In this document: in pieces, positions 1-10,116 of the stretch | Position numbering within the stretch: the stretch's first letter is position 1 | Layout of the letters: each line of letters begins with the position of its first letter | DNA from: a virus | Length of the DNA stretch: 64,000 bases | IMG/VR virus record: IMGVR_UViG_3300011972_000003 | Span: 1-64,000 of that record | Reading direction: 5' to 3' (one strand) | Translations under genes and position numbers: made by a program | Notes under the pieces: model-generated | What the model was told of the DNA's origin: nothing | Database searches by the model: none | Seen by the model: the letters and a program-made list of their open reading frames with translations, nothing else

Positions 1-435
1 AAAAAGTAGAAATAAAATAAGCTAAACTTTCTTGGTTGATTTTTTTTTAGTTATATATTCAATTTAGGAGCGAAGTGTAACGTAGCGACGCTATAATAAT
101 ATTAATATATCCTTATAACATGGGTAGGTTTTAGATACAACTGGGAATCAACTACTTACAGAAATAACTCTCAGAAACCTATCTAAAATCAATTAAAATC
201 CCTTCTCTAATACAATCATACCAGTTAAATAGAGAAAGTGTCTGAAATGAGCTAAAAAGTACCTTAAATCAAATGTTAGTATTTTTAGGTGATTGGAAAA
301 AGCTAACTAGAATAGTTGACCGGCAAAAGTTCTGTGGAAATCCTTATAGGTGTAAAAAGAAGATTTTGGCCCGGTTTTTGCTATATCTTCTTAGGAGTTA
401 AAAATTATGTATAACCACTAAATCACCAATATATT

Positions 436-1839
436 ATGATAGCCATTTCTAATGATTTATTCAACAAGAAGCTAAGAGAAAATTCAGACAACATCCTAAA
501 CCAATTATTAGCTGGAGAAGGAATTAAAGATTTCACATTGGTATTCATCTCAAGTAATCCAGAAGAAGATGCTAAAAGATGTATGCCAGAAATCCTAAAA
601 CGTAACCCTAAGATTGTATATGAAAATTCTAAGGGGTACAGAAATCAAGACAAATTATCACCAAAAGGATTAGATCAGTTAGTTGACAAATATAACACAT
701 CTAACAACATTCTAATTTTTAAAGACTTCCTAGATTCAGTTAATGTTTATGATAGAGCTAAGTGTAGATTCCAAACATTGATGCACGAACTAAGAAGCAG
801 AAGATGTTCAGTTTTGGTTAATTATGATGTAGAAGAATTTAGAAGACAATCAGACAAAAACATAAACTGGTCATATAGAAAAGGAAAATCAGATGCAGCT
901 AAGAGGTTTCATATTGCCCTTAGAAATCCAGAGAATGCTTACATACTTAACTTGGAGACTGAGAGATACTTTAAAGGTTACGATCCAAGAAATTATAAAA
1001 GCAAGAGATTACCTGACATTAAGAAAGAAGCTGATGCGTATAGAGAAAAAGTTGTTCATTCAATAGAGGCACTTAAGTCGTTTATTAGAGATATGAGCTG
1101 CAACTTTACTATATTCGAACAACAAGACAAGGAGGGAATAGAGAAAGCTTATAACAAGAGACTAGGAACAGTTAATCTTAATATAGCAGGTCCTTGTGTT
1201 CAGTCAGATTTCTTTAAATATTCAAGTAGATCTAAAGCTGAGAAGTGGATGGATCCTAAGGAGTTTACTTTCAGGTCAGACGAAAATGGGAATATGATTG
1301 TACCTAAAGCTGTTCACTATAATTTAAGAAGTGCACCTAATTTTGACAGGAACAAAGTATGGATGGAAGAAGGCAAGACTTTCACTAGATACGCCTTTGA
1401 ACATGATGGGGTAACTCCTATTAACTTCCTCAAGACTCACATATACCTCTTTACTGGAATAATTACACCGAGTTTGCATGTAGATGTTGAACTAAACTTA
1501 GACCCTACCTGTGAATTATCTGGAAGGTATTACGAAAGGTATATCCAAATGCTCAACTATTATGAAGGAAGAGGTCATATCTATAGAACTCACGAAACAT
1601 CTAATATAGGATACGAGTTTATGGTTTTAGGTAAGATTTTTGACATGGGAGCTCAGTTAGATTTATCCTTCCAAACAATAGCTAGGTTAATCTTAGAGGA
1701 AGTAGGGGAAAAACCGCTTTTAGAGAGATTGAGAGAGGTTTTAGCAAATAAGAAAAAGAATCCAGAAAAGTTCCCTAGCTACGACATAAATGAACTTGTA
1801 GCAGCAAAACAAAAAGAACTAGAGAAATTAAAAAGATAA
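436..1839 (+). CDS. hypothetical protein (467 aa) upstream of the RNAP genes
   Basis: Long ORF in the same orientation and tightly packed with the following genes. No motif I recognise. Confidence 0.5.
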   Translation: MIAISNDLFNKKLRENSDNILNQLLAGEGIKDFTLVFISSNPEEDAKRCMPEILKRNPKIVYENSKGYRNQDKLSPKGLDQLVDKYNTSNNILIFKDFLDSVNVYDRAKCRFQTLMHELRSRRCSVLVNYDVEEFRRQSDKNINWSYRKGKSDAAKRFHIALRNPENAYILNLETERYFKGYDPRNYKSKRLPDIKKEADAYREKVVHSIEALKSFIRDMSCNFTIFEQQDKEGIEKAYNKRLGTVNLNIAGPCVQSDFFKYSSRSKAEKWMDPKEFTFRSDENGNMIVPKAVHYNLRSAPNFDRNKVWMEEGKTFTRYAFEHDGVTPINFLKTHIYLFTGIITPSLHVDVELNLDPTCELSGRYYERYIQMLNYYEGRGHIYRTHETSNIGYEFMVLGKIFDMGAQLDLSFQTIARLILEEVGEKPLLERLREVLANKKKNPEKFPSYDINELVAAKQKELEKLKR

Positions 1840-1851
1840 CATTATAAATAT

Positions 1852-2700
1852 ATGGAAGACACACAACAGGGCTCCTCAGGGGTGGATATAAGGTCTACTC
1901 GCTTGATGGAGGTGTACCAGCAGATTAGTTCAGAAGACTCAATTAACTCGATGACGCTGATCTTATCCTCATTTCAGCGGAATACGTCTTACAACAAAGT
2001 ACTCCGGGATATCGAATCTGTACTAAACATTAACGGGAAGAACAGAACGATTATCAAAGAGTGGGAAGAAGATCAGAATCAGGAAGTTGATGAGGAAGGG
2101 TTAGAAATTGAATCAAGAAACTCAGCTATTAAAATGGTAGAGTCAACAGATGATATTATAACCAGAATCTTAGTCGAGGAGGTCAATGAGTTTATTAAGG
2201 AAGTAGAACAAGTGAATACGCGACCAAATCTATTAAAAGCCCTCGTAGCTAAATTCCTGCAGTCTAACTTCTATTACAAGGAGAGTACACTGTATAAGCC
2301 TAAGGAGTATGAGCAGATTATTTTAGAGTTTAACAATTACCCTTCACAGTTTACCGATTTTTGGCAGACAGTTATAGAAAGGTTTGAAGCTAAATTCCCT
2401 AAATCAAAACTTATCACACTACTTAAGAGACAGAATAACTTAGCTTTAATTAGGATAACTCACAATATCACAGAGTACATATCCGCACCACCAGCTGAGA
2501 GAAAATTATTCAGTGAGATTAGGAAGGAGTATCAGAAAATAATAAACCCACCTCTTCCAATCATTCTCAAGGCTTTAAATATGAACAAAGGGACTTACGA
2601 GGATAATATTAATATAGTTACAGGGAAGTTAGTTGATAAATTAAATGACCCAGAATTGACTAAGAAGTTTAACCAGATAATTTTGAACTATGGGATATAA
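1852..2700 (+). CDS. hypothetical protein (282 aa)
   Basis: ORF whose end overlaps the start of the beta-prime-like gene by 11 nt. No recognisable motif. Confidence 0.5.
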   Translation: MEDTQQGSSGVDIRSTRLMEVYQQISSEDSINSMTLILSSFQRNTSYNKVLRDIESVLNINGKNRTIIKEWEEDQNQEVDEEGLEIESRNSAIKMVESTDDIITRILVEEVNEFIKEVEQVNTRPNLLKALVAKFLQSNFYYKESTLYKPKEYEQIILEFNNYPSQFTDFWQTVIERFEAKFPKSKLITLLKRQNNLALIRITHNITEYISAPPAERKLFSEIRKEYQKIINPPLPIILKALNMNKGTYEDNINIVTGKLVDKLNDPELTKKFNQIILNYGI

Positions 2701-5700
2701 GGCGGTATCAGACCAGCGAATATTAGAGTTAGCAAGAGGACAGCAAGTTACAACCTATAATGACTTTAACCTCAAGATAGGAGAAGCTAACTCAACAAAA
2801 CTTTCACCGATTAATGGAGGGCTTTATGACAAGAACTTTTTCGGCTCGGTTTTTAGAGATAGATGTAATTGTGGTAACTTAAAGAATAGAATTAATATCA
2901 CTTGTAACATCTGCTCTTCAACTGTACTGCCTTCTGATGATGAGGTTTACCGTTACGCTTACATAGATACAACGGTTTACTATTTACTCAGATACAAGGA
3001 GAAGAAATTTTTAGCCTTAGTTCAAGATATATTAGAAATCCCAAAAGGTACAAGAAATAAAATCGACTACCTCTGTTTGTGTAATTATAAGTATGACAAG
3101 AAGGAGAATAGTATAGTATCTTCACTTGAGTATGTTGGGAGCGAGATTTATACTTCACTAGAGGGTCTTATGGCTTTACTAGAGAAACACTACCCAGATA
3201 AATTCAAGGAAGCTCAGAACTATATCAACAAGTATATCATCGTATCTCCTATTTCTCAAAGACCTGTAGCAATTAGAACGGTTAATGGAAAGAAGGAGCT
3301 TGCGGTATCAGGAGAATCTGTCATTTATAAGAGTATCATCTATATGGTTGAAATGGTGAATACTGAGATGAATGCTAGAGGTATCCCACTGGTAGATAAA
3401 GTGATGTATAGAAACTTGCTTAGAAAATTCGTTGTATCTCAGATTATGGCAATGAGTAAGCTAAACAATCCATCTAAACAGAACTTTGCAAGAACCCAGC
3501 TGAAGAAGAGAATAACAAACTCAGCTAGGAACTACATTGTACCAGATATAACTTTAAAGGCTGACGAGGTTTCTATTCCAATTAAAGTAGCTTATGAGAT
3601 GTTTAAGACGGATTTCATAGAGTATCTTAGGGAGAAATACCAGATTAGTCCTTTAGATGCAGAAATGAGGTATATTGACTTTACAACTTACAAGACTTTA
3701 GATGACTTTAGAGGTTGGGTCACAGATAGAAGAGTTATTATCAACAGGGCTCCATCTCTACATAAAGGATCTATTGGCTGTTATAAGGTTGTACTGAACG
3801 ATAACTTTACAATGGGTCTTAATCCTCTTATTATTGAACCTTATGGAGCTGATTTTGACGGGGACTCTCTTTCAATAACAGCTGTACCTAAGGATTATAC
3901 AGAATATGTTGAACAGAGGATAGGACCAGAAGCTTTATACTATCAGGAGTCAAATCTTAAAACCCTGCTTACACCTTCTCACGAGTTTCTTTTAGGGCTT
4001 AACCTTGGAAGTAGAATTGAGATGGGACCTAAGCCTATTAAGATTACAGATTCCTCACAGATAGAAGAGCTTTTAAATGCGAACAAAATTAACTATAACA
4101 CACCTTTAGAGTATAACGGAAAGCTTACTTGTTATGGTAGGCTGCTTCTCTCAACATACATAAAGGGAAATATAGATGACTTAATAGGAGAAGGTATGCC
4201 AATCAATGCAAAGAATATTCTGGTTATTATGGAGTACATCTCAGTTAAGTCAGACAGGTTAGATATCATTCATAAACTAGCTTCTTTTGGTTCAGAGGTT
4301 GTTAGATTTAAAGGAGTAACTTCCCTGACACTTAACGAATTATACCTCGATCTGGATACTAGTTTACATAAGGAAATGGTGAGAATTAAGAATGATGAAA
4401 GCCTATCTCCACAGCTGAAACTAATTAGAATATCGGAGGCTTATAAGAACTTTACTGAACAAGCCAAGGATTCACTTACACCAGCTATTAAAGACAGATT
4501 AGAGAGTTCAAACAGGATTAAGATGAAGCAGGTTCTCGATCTATCTATCCCTAAAATTACTATATCAAATGAGGGGGTTATAGATGTGATGGAAACGAAT
4601 CTCTTGAATGGACTCTCACCCGATGATTACTACTCTGATGCAATAACAAACCGTAAAGTAGTAGGAATTAAGCAAGGAGGTGTAGGGGGTTCAGGATATT
4701 TAACTAGACAGCTGGTAACTATTGGTAAAGGATTTAAGTTTCAAGATAAAGATGCTCCTGGGAATAGTTACTTAGAGGCCCAGGCTTCGCCATACTATAA
4801 AGGAAGACTTACAATAGAAGGGTATGAAGTAACAGAGAAAGATTACGGGAAAACTGTTAAGCTGCCATCTTGTATATTTAATAAGGACACTAACCTATAT
4901 AGAAATCAAGTGTCACAATTATTAGACTATTATCAAGACAGTAACATTGGATTCTCATTCTCTACAACCTTAACAGAAGCGATGACCCAGTCTGTACTCT
5001 CCATTAAACACAACGCTACATTTAAGATGATTAACGAAGGGTTTATACATAGGGCTAAGGCAGATGGAGAACTAGTAGAAGTAACAGATACAACCTATAC
5101 AATTAAGTACGGGGAGGTAACAGAGACTTATCCAAAAAGCAAGGAGTTTATCGTGAATTTGTATAAGTTTAAGAAAGGTGAAGTTATTGGGTATATTCAT
5201 AAGCTTCTCTCTCCGACATATAAGTTTGAGGCGATTTCTAAGCTTATTGATACTTTCCTGATTTCACTAGGTAATAAGAACGCTAATAACAATATACAAC
5301 CATCCGTGAGTTATTCGCCGTATGAAGGTATTATTAGTTATCAATTCTTGCCTCGTAATAAAATCGGTGTGTATATAGGAGATGTCATGATTAATTCTCA
5401 ACACTTAGATACACCTACTCTTTACTATTACCCAGAAGGAGCTAGAGTACCTCGGCACGCTAAGATCTCCTCTGATGTAGTAAGTATGAATAAGTACAGC
5501 AATCCAGAATTAACAGGAGATGAAGCAGTTAGAGATAGATATATGGTTTTCAGACAACAATTCCTAGAAGCTAATGGTAATGTAACTGAAGATTTAATTG
5601 AATTCCTATACCGTATTTGTTCAGTTAATTTAGGAGGACAACTTACATATTCAGGAGTTAAGGGTGCATTTAAAGAACTTCCGGCTCTATCTAAGATTGC

Positions 5701-5812
5701 CTTTGGTTACGCTAATAAGACCTTAGATAATCTACTGGAGAATGAGGGATCGGAAAGAGAAGACCCGCTTGACATTATATTTAGAAGCCAATTAGAATAC
5801 AACAATTTATAA
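2690..5812 (+). CDS. DNA-directed RNA polymerase beta-prime-like subunit (1040 aa)
   Basis: N-terminal Zn-ribbon CNCGNLKNRINITCNICSS resembles the RpoC motif CxCGK...CxxCG. NRAPSLHKGSIGCY resembles NRAPTLHRLGIQAF. EPYGADFDGDSLSI matches the catalytic NADFDGD Mg-binding motif. Confidence 0.8.
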   Translation: MGYKAVSDQRILELARGQQVTTYNDFNLKIGEANSTKLSPINGGLYDKNFFGSVFRDRCNCGNLKNRINITCNICSSTVLPSDDEVYRYAYIDTTVYYLLRYKEKKFLALVQDILEIPKGTRNKIDYLCLCNYKYDKKENSIVSSLEYVGSEIYTSLEGLMALLEKHYPDKFKEAQNYINKYIIVSPISQRPVAIRTVNGKKELAVSGESVIYKSIIYMVEMVNTEMNARGIPLVDKVMYRNLLRKFVVSQIMAMSKLNNPSKQNFARTQLKKRITNSARNYIVPDITLKADEVSIPIKVAYEMFKTDFIEYLREKYQISPLDAEMRYIDFTTYKTLDDFRGWVTDRRVIINRAPSLHKGSIGCYKVVLNDNFTMGLNPLIIEPYGADFDGDSLSITAVPKDYTEYVEQRIGPEALYYQESNLKTLLTPSHEFLLGLNLGSRIEMGPKPIKITDSSQIEELLNANKINYNTPLEYNGKLTCYGRLLLSTYIKGNIDDLIGEGMPINAKNILVIMEYISVKSDRLDIIHKLASFGSEVVRFKGVTSLTLNELYLDLDTSLHKEMVRIKNDESLSPQLKLIRISEAYKNFTEQAKDSLTPAIKDRLESSNRIKMKQVLDLSIPKITISNEGVIDVMETNLLNGLSPDDYYSDAITNRKVVGIKQGGVGGSGYLTRQLVTIGKGFKFQDKDAPGNSYLEAQASPYYKGRLTIEGYEVTEKDYGKTVKLPSCIFNKDTNLYRNQVSQLLDYYQDSNIGFSFSTTLTEAMTQSVLSIKHNATFKMINEGFIHRAKADGELVEVTDTTYTIKYGEVTETYPKSKEFIVNLYKFKKGEVIGYIHKLLSPTYKFEAISKLIDTFLISLGNKNANNNIQPSVSYSPYEGIISYQFLPRNKIGVYIGDVMINSQHLDTPTLYYYPEGARVPRHAKISSDVVSMNKYSNPELTGDEAVRDRYMVFRQQFLEANGNVTEDLIEFLYRICSVNLGGQLTYSGVKGAFKELPALSKIAFGYANKTLDNLLENEGSEREDPLDIIFRSQLEYNNL

Positions 5813-5814
5813 CC

Positions 5815-6279
5815 ATGATTTCACTTTTTATAACACGAGATAATTTAATAGTTAATCAGTTTACTTATGAGGACGATGCAGATTTAGAACTATCTTTACC
5901 TGACGTCGTATCCAGCATAATAAACATAGACTTTACGCCTTCACAGTGGGAGAATTTAGACATACCTGCTATCAACACTATCTTAGAATTTCAAGGTTAT
6001 CAAGACCGACTGCATAAAGTTAATCTTGGAGCTGAGAATATAGATGAGAAGGAGGTAATACTATACAAGGAGAATAACACTCTAGTAGTAACTAAAGATG
6101 AGCTTGTTAATCACGTAAACCTCCTCTCTAAAGTAATTCCAGTAACTAAGGATATTTTGGAGTACTTTATTGAGATGAAACCGGATTACAAGAGATCAAC
6201 TATGAGAGGTCTGCTTGATATACTAAATAAGAACTATGGAATGAACTATATAATCCTAAACAACTATGGAGGAGCATAG
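5815..6279 (+). CDS. hypothetical protein (154 aa) between the beta-prime and beta genes
   Basis: ORF in an operon-like arrangement. No motif recognised. Confidence 0.45.
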   Translation: MISLFITRDNLIVNQFTYEDDADLELSLPDVVSSIINIDFTPSQWENLDIPAINTILEFQGYQDRLHKVNLGAENIDEKEVILYKENNTLVVTKDELVNHVNLLSKVIPVTKDILEYFIEMKPDYKRSTMRGLLDILNKNYGMNYIILNNYGGA

Positions 6280-6505
6280 ATTTAGTGTATGCAGGTTCTT
6301 AAGATGGGATGGATTCAACGTAGATAATTTTATTGAGGAGCTTAAGGGGGAGATAAAACAAGACTCCCTCAAGGTTTCCCCAAATGAGAGTGACCCTACG
6401 ATGATGGACTTAGAGGTTTCAATCCCGCCAGAACTTAGGCATACAGTAGAAAATATATTAAAGAAGTACACAAAAATATACACGTGGATCAATGAACAGC
6501 TATAA
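6266..6505 (+). CDS. hypothetical small protein (79 aa)
   Basis: Short ORF filling the gap between neighbouring genes, with overlapping stop and start codons on both sides. Confidence 0.3.
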   Translation: MEEHRFSVCRFLRWDGFNVDNFIEELKGEIKQDSLKVSPNESDPTMMDLEVSIPPELRHTVENILKKYTKIYTWINEQL

Positions 6506-8720
6506 TTTTTTCATAGAGAACAGACTCCCGGAAATATTAACATCTTACTATAACAGCCCATTAAATAAGAGAGGTTTTGAGGTGGTTAATATATCAGTCG
6601 TTCACCCAAAAGTAGAGTTATCAAGAGCAATAGAACTCGAGCAAACTTATAATTACGAACTTCTGCTAAGCTACACGAATAGAGAGACAGGAGAGATGCC
6701 AGAGCCTATTGTGATTGAAGTTCCTAAGATGGTTAACGATTCCTTTATTATCTTCGGGAAATACAAAACACCTACTTTAATGCTGGATAACGATAGAAAT
6801 GCTAGGTTTTATGAGACTCAGTTCGTTATTGATCCAGATAAGACCTTTAACTACGAAACAGGACTCTTCAAATATATAGACAGTGAGGGGAATGAAGTAG
6901 TGATTGATGTTAATGCTATAGAGGAGTTACCGGAAGAGGCTAGAAAGGTTGATAAGAGTATACTAAAGAAGATTGAAATTAAGTTTAACCTGGATAAGCC
7001 TATAAATGAACTAACTAAAGATCTACTCATTCAAGCTAAGGAGAGGTTCGCAGGTTATAATGACAAAGTCGAAGACCATATCCTAGACAAGAAGGTTTTA
7101 ACGGTTCAAGCTGGTTTAGTTAATTTCATAAAGAGTCACAAGAAAGAGATCTACACAAGAATAGCTTCAGATTTACCAAGGAGAGGGAAGATTTATGCTA
7201 GTGAGATGAACAAATATATCCGTAAGTTCTTTTCACATGGAGGTATGATCGATAATCCTTCTAAAGTAAACTCTCTGACATTCTCTGCGTTATCTAGAAG
7301 GATTAAACTTTCAGAGTACACAGAGTATAACAGAAGCTTAGTAGACATCATAGACCCAATTAGAACTCCAGAAAATGCCAATGCGAATATCGTGAATGAG
7401 CTTAATGTTTGTTCTGTTATAGATGAGGATGGTGGGATTTCAATAAGAGTTCACGAGTTAGATTTTAAACCAGTTGTCCTTTCGTATATTGATTATTTTG
7501 ATGCTTATATAATTGACAACCAGAGTGTAGACTACGTTAATAAGAAAATCAATCCTAAAGTTAAAGTAAGAAGGAGAGGAGAAGTAATTGGAGAGTATAA
7601 GTTATCTGAAGTGCCTAAACCGTGCTATATAGATGCTTCTGCTGATGATAAACTTTCTTATTCAACTAGAAGGATACCGATGATTAACTATACTGACTCA
7701 ATTAGGGTATCAATGGGAGGAAACATGAGTAACCAAGCTGTTGAACTTATAAACCCAGATGTACCAGCAGTTAGTTCAGGACATGATGATGGAGCTAAGT
7801 CTCACCCTTTAAATATCTATGCATTATCTTCAGGAGTAGTTGATTATAAGGATAGAAATGTAATTAAAATAAAGGATGAGAAGGGAAGGTCTGTTGAGTA
7901 TAGATCCCACTTAGTTAATTCTATGTATGACCTAAACGTTGTGGTAGATCCTAAGGTAGAAGTAGGTGATCATGTTAATATTGGGGATACGATCTTTGCA
8001 CCTAGGAATATAACCTCTGAGTTTAGATTAGGAAAGAACTGTAGAATAGCCTTCATGCTTCACGGTAATAACTATGAGGATGGGGTAATAATGGGTTCTC
8101 ACTTGATTCCTAAATTCGCTCACATTGCAGTTAAGGACTATATCTTCATTCTAAAACCTGAGTCTGAGCTTACTTCTATTATGGATCTAGGAAAGGCTGT
8201 AGAGGAAGATGAGCAGATACTTGGAGTTAATGAAAGGATGTCTACTGAGGATTTAGATTTCTTGGCTGGAGCTGTGGATTATGGTAGAGTAAGTAAGCTA
8301 AAGGGATTCTTCATGACGGAGGGTCTAAGAGTGCCTAAGGATTTTGGGAGGGGTTACTTTACAGATATTATAGTTCAGAAAGGGAATGTAGAATCAGATC
8401 CAAATACAGAGCAAGTTATTAATGAAGTATTTAAGAGGTATAAGGCAGCTAGAAAGGAGGTAGCAAATATTGGTGAAATTCCAGAGAGCTACTTAAACTT
8501 GCCAATGGAACAACCAGAACCTCCTCAAATAGATTACAAATACATGATTAAAGTTCGCTTATTACAGGTCAATGAACTCAAGGTAGGGAATAAGATAACA
8601 AATAGGTATGGAAGTAAAGGTCTATGCTCACAAATTATTCCTGAAGATGAGATGCCAAGAACAAAAGATGGGCAGTTGATTGATGTGATAATGAATGCGG
8701 ACAGCACCGTAAAGTCGACT
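6492..8720 (+). CDS. DNA-directed RNA polymerase beta-like subunit, exon 1
   Basis: EVPKMVNDSFIIFGKYKTPTLMLDNDRNARF resembles the beta N-terminal region [51 protein letters not shown] resembles GQNVLVAFMPWNGYNYEDS. The C-terminal NRYGSKGLCSQIIPEDEMPRTKDGQLIDVIMNADSTVKS resembles [36 protein letters not shown]. The reading frame then hits a stop while the homology continues in exon 2. Confidence 0.75.
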
Positions 8721-8974
8721 TGTTGCGGTGGGTAAACCTTGTGAATTGCTGGGATATCCTACATGTGGTGGTGAGGACAATCAGCAGCCCTTATGGGTTC
8801 AACGACTATCGAAACTGTAGTAAAGGAGTAGAGTACACTTAAGCGAGTGGAAGCGCAAGGATAGAGGGTTAAACCTTTATGTGATATAGTCTGAACGTCC
8901 TTAGAAATAGGGAGCTGGAGTAATTTCCGGGATAAGAAGTAGCGAGCTTATCTGAACATAATTGAGCAAGAAAG
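8721..8974 (+). ncRNA. group I self-splicing intron, no ORF, interrupting the RNAP beta gene (boundaries approximate, within about 10 nt)
   Basis: The coding homology of beta breaks at ..STVKST and resumes in frame at [11 protein letters not shown] (cf. MNIGQILETHLG). The intervening 254 nt contain P7/R-like GGGTTCAACGACTATCGAAA (8795..8814) and S-like GATATAGTCT (8883..8892). A U precedes the proposed 5' splice site and a G ends the intron. The element is homologous to the intron in the topoisomerase gene. Confidence 0.6.
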
Positions 8975-9589
8975 ATAGTTTCTCAGCTACTTGAACTAGG
9001 ATTATCTAACTTATCAAGAGCGATGTATGCCAAGTTTGATAAAGATAGAAACCCTAAAGTAATGAGAGATGAACTAAGTGACATAATAAACCCTAAACTA
9101 GCATCTTACAGTGATAAACAAATCTTAGAGTACCATGACAGCTTAAAAGATAAACAGATATACCCAATAGTAACAGGAAACTTTGCTAAGGATATATCGG
9201 CTAAGCTAAGAAAGTATTCAGATAAGTATAAAGTAAGTCTAGATGGGGAACACCTTTATACGAAATCAGGAAGACTCTACACAGAGAACAAGATTTTAGT
9301 AGGAGATATGTACCTTATGAAACTCTACCAACTACCAGAAAAAGGAGCTAAGGTAACTTCTGATAATATGAAAGGAAAGAGACCGGTACTTGGAGCTAAC
9401 TTTAGGAATGAGGGACAGAGTTTAGGAGAGATGGAGTTCTGGGCTTATTCAGCTAATGACCTCTCTGAACTTTTAACTTACAATAGAGATAGAACTAAAC
9501 TACAAGACTCGGCTAAATTCCTTACAGAGTTATTGAAGCTAGGGTTAGAGTTTGATGGGAATTTAAAGGACAAAAAACAGATTAAATAA
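8975..9589 (+). CDS. DNA-directed RNA polymerase beta-like subunit, exon 2
   Basis: [21 protein letters not shown] resembles [58 protein letters not shown] resembles [39 protein letters not shown]. The listed ORF starts at the Met at 9023, but the frame is open from 8966. Confidence 0.7.
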   Translation: [204 protein letters not shown]

Positions 9590-9590
9590 A

Positions 9591-9875
9591 ATGAGAGTAT
9601 TAAAATTTGGAGCTATGTGGTGTGATAAGTGCTCCGTATTGTCTAAGTTAATTAAAGAGTCAGACTTAGATTTACCTGAGATTGAAGAAATAGATTTGGA
9701 TGAAGAACCTGAACTAGCTGAGAAATATGGGGTTCAGACTTTACCTACTATTTGTTTTGTGGATGATCTAGGTAAACTCCTTAAGAAATCGGCAAGAGCA
9801 GCTGAGACTAAACAACCACTTACACCAGAGATCATTTTAAAGGAATATACTAAACTAAGAGAAGAACATGAGTAA
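9591..9875 (+). CDS. thioredoxin-like protein (94 aa)
   Basis: WCDKC (CxxC) active-site motif near the N-terminus. A cis-Pro region is seen at GVQTLPTICF. The size matches the Trx fold. Confidence 0.65.
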   Translation: MRVLKFGAMWCDKCSVLSKLIKESDLDLPEIEEIDLDEEPELAEKYGVQTLPTICFVDDLGKLLKKSARAAETKQPLTPEIILKEYTKLREEHE

Positions 9876-10116
9876 TCTAGAGTTAACAAGAATAAAGGTG
9901 CTGGTTAAGAGAGATACGATGGATACAACTTTCTTAACTGTAGAGGGGAATATAAAGGAAACTGGTACGATATTTGCAGTAGGAAAAGACTGTGAGCACT
10001 TACAACCTGGAGATAGAGTATGGCTAGGACACAGAACTGGAGTAAAGTTAAATTACGAAGGGGAAGAGGTAGAGCTTATGGATGAAGATGAGGTTTTAGG
10101 AAAGATATTAAGTTAG
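9868..10116 (+). CDS. co-chaperonin GroES/Cpn10 homologue (82 aa)
   Basis: RIKVLVKRDTMDT..TIFAVGKD..LQPGDRVWLGHRTGVKLNYEGEEVELMDEDEVLGKI aligns along the whole length with GroES [58 protein letters not shown]. Confidence 0.7.
   Translation: MSNLELTRIKVLVKRDTMDTTFLTVEGNIKETGTIFAVGKDCEHLQPGDRVWLGHRTGVKLNYEGEEVELMDEDEVLGKILS

Noticed and set aside
1-435. A possible tRNA or ncRNA in the 435-nt leader before the first ORF.
   Set aside because: No cloverleaf-compatible segment was found (no GTTC-type T-arm with matching acceptor stem). The region is AT-rich with only weak imperfect inverted repeats (for example around 322..378). It was left unannotated.
6256-6492. Minus-strand 78-aa ORF overlapping the 6266..6505 plus-strand ORF. 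Similar antisense ORFs occur inside larger genes at 7193..7381, 11095..11283, 12296..12529, 14211..14438, 16696..16977, 18232..19067, 23525..23728, 24004..24210, 28331..28594, 30176..30649, 37513..37818, 43769..44376, 45815..47144, 51721..52104, 53933..54622 and elsewhere.
   Set aside because: They are fully embedded antisense to long ORFs that carry strong motifs, in AT-rich sequence. They have low-complexity Ser/Leu-rich translations and no independent support.
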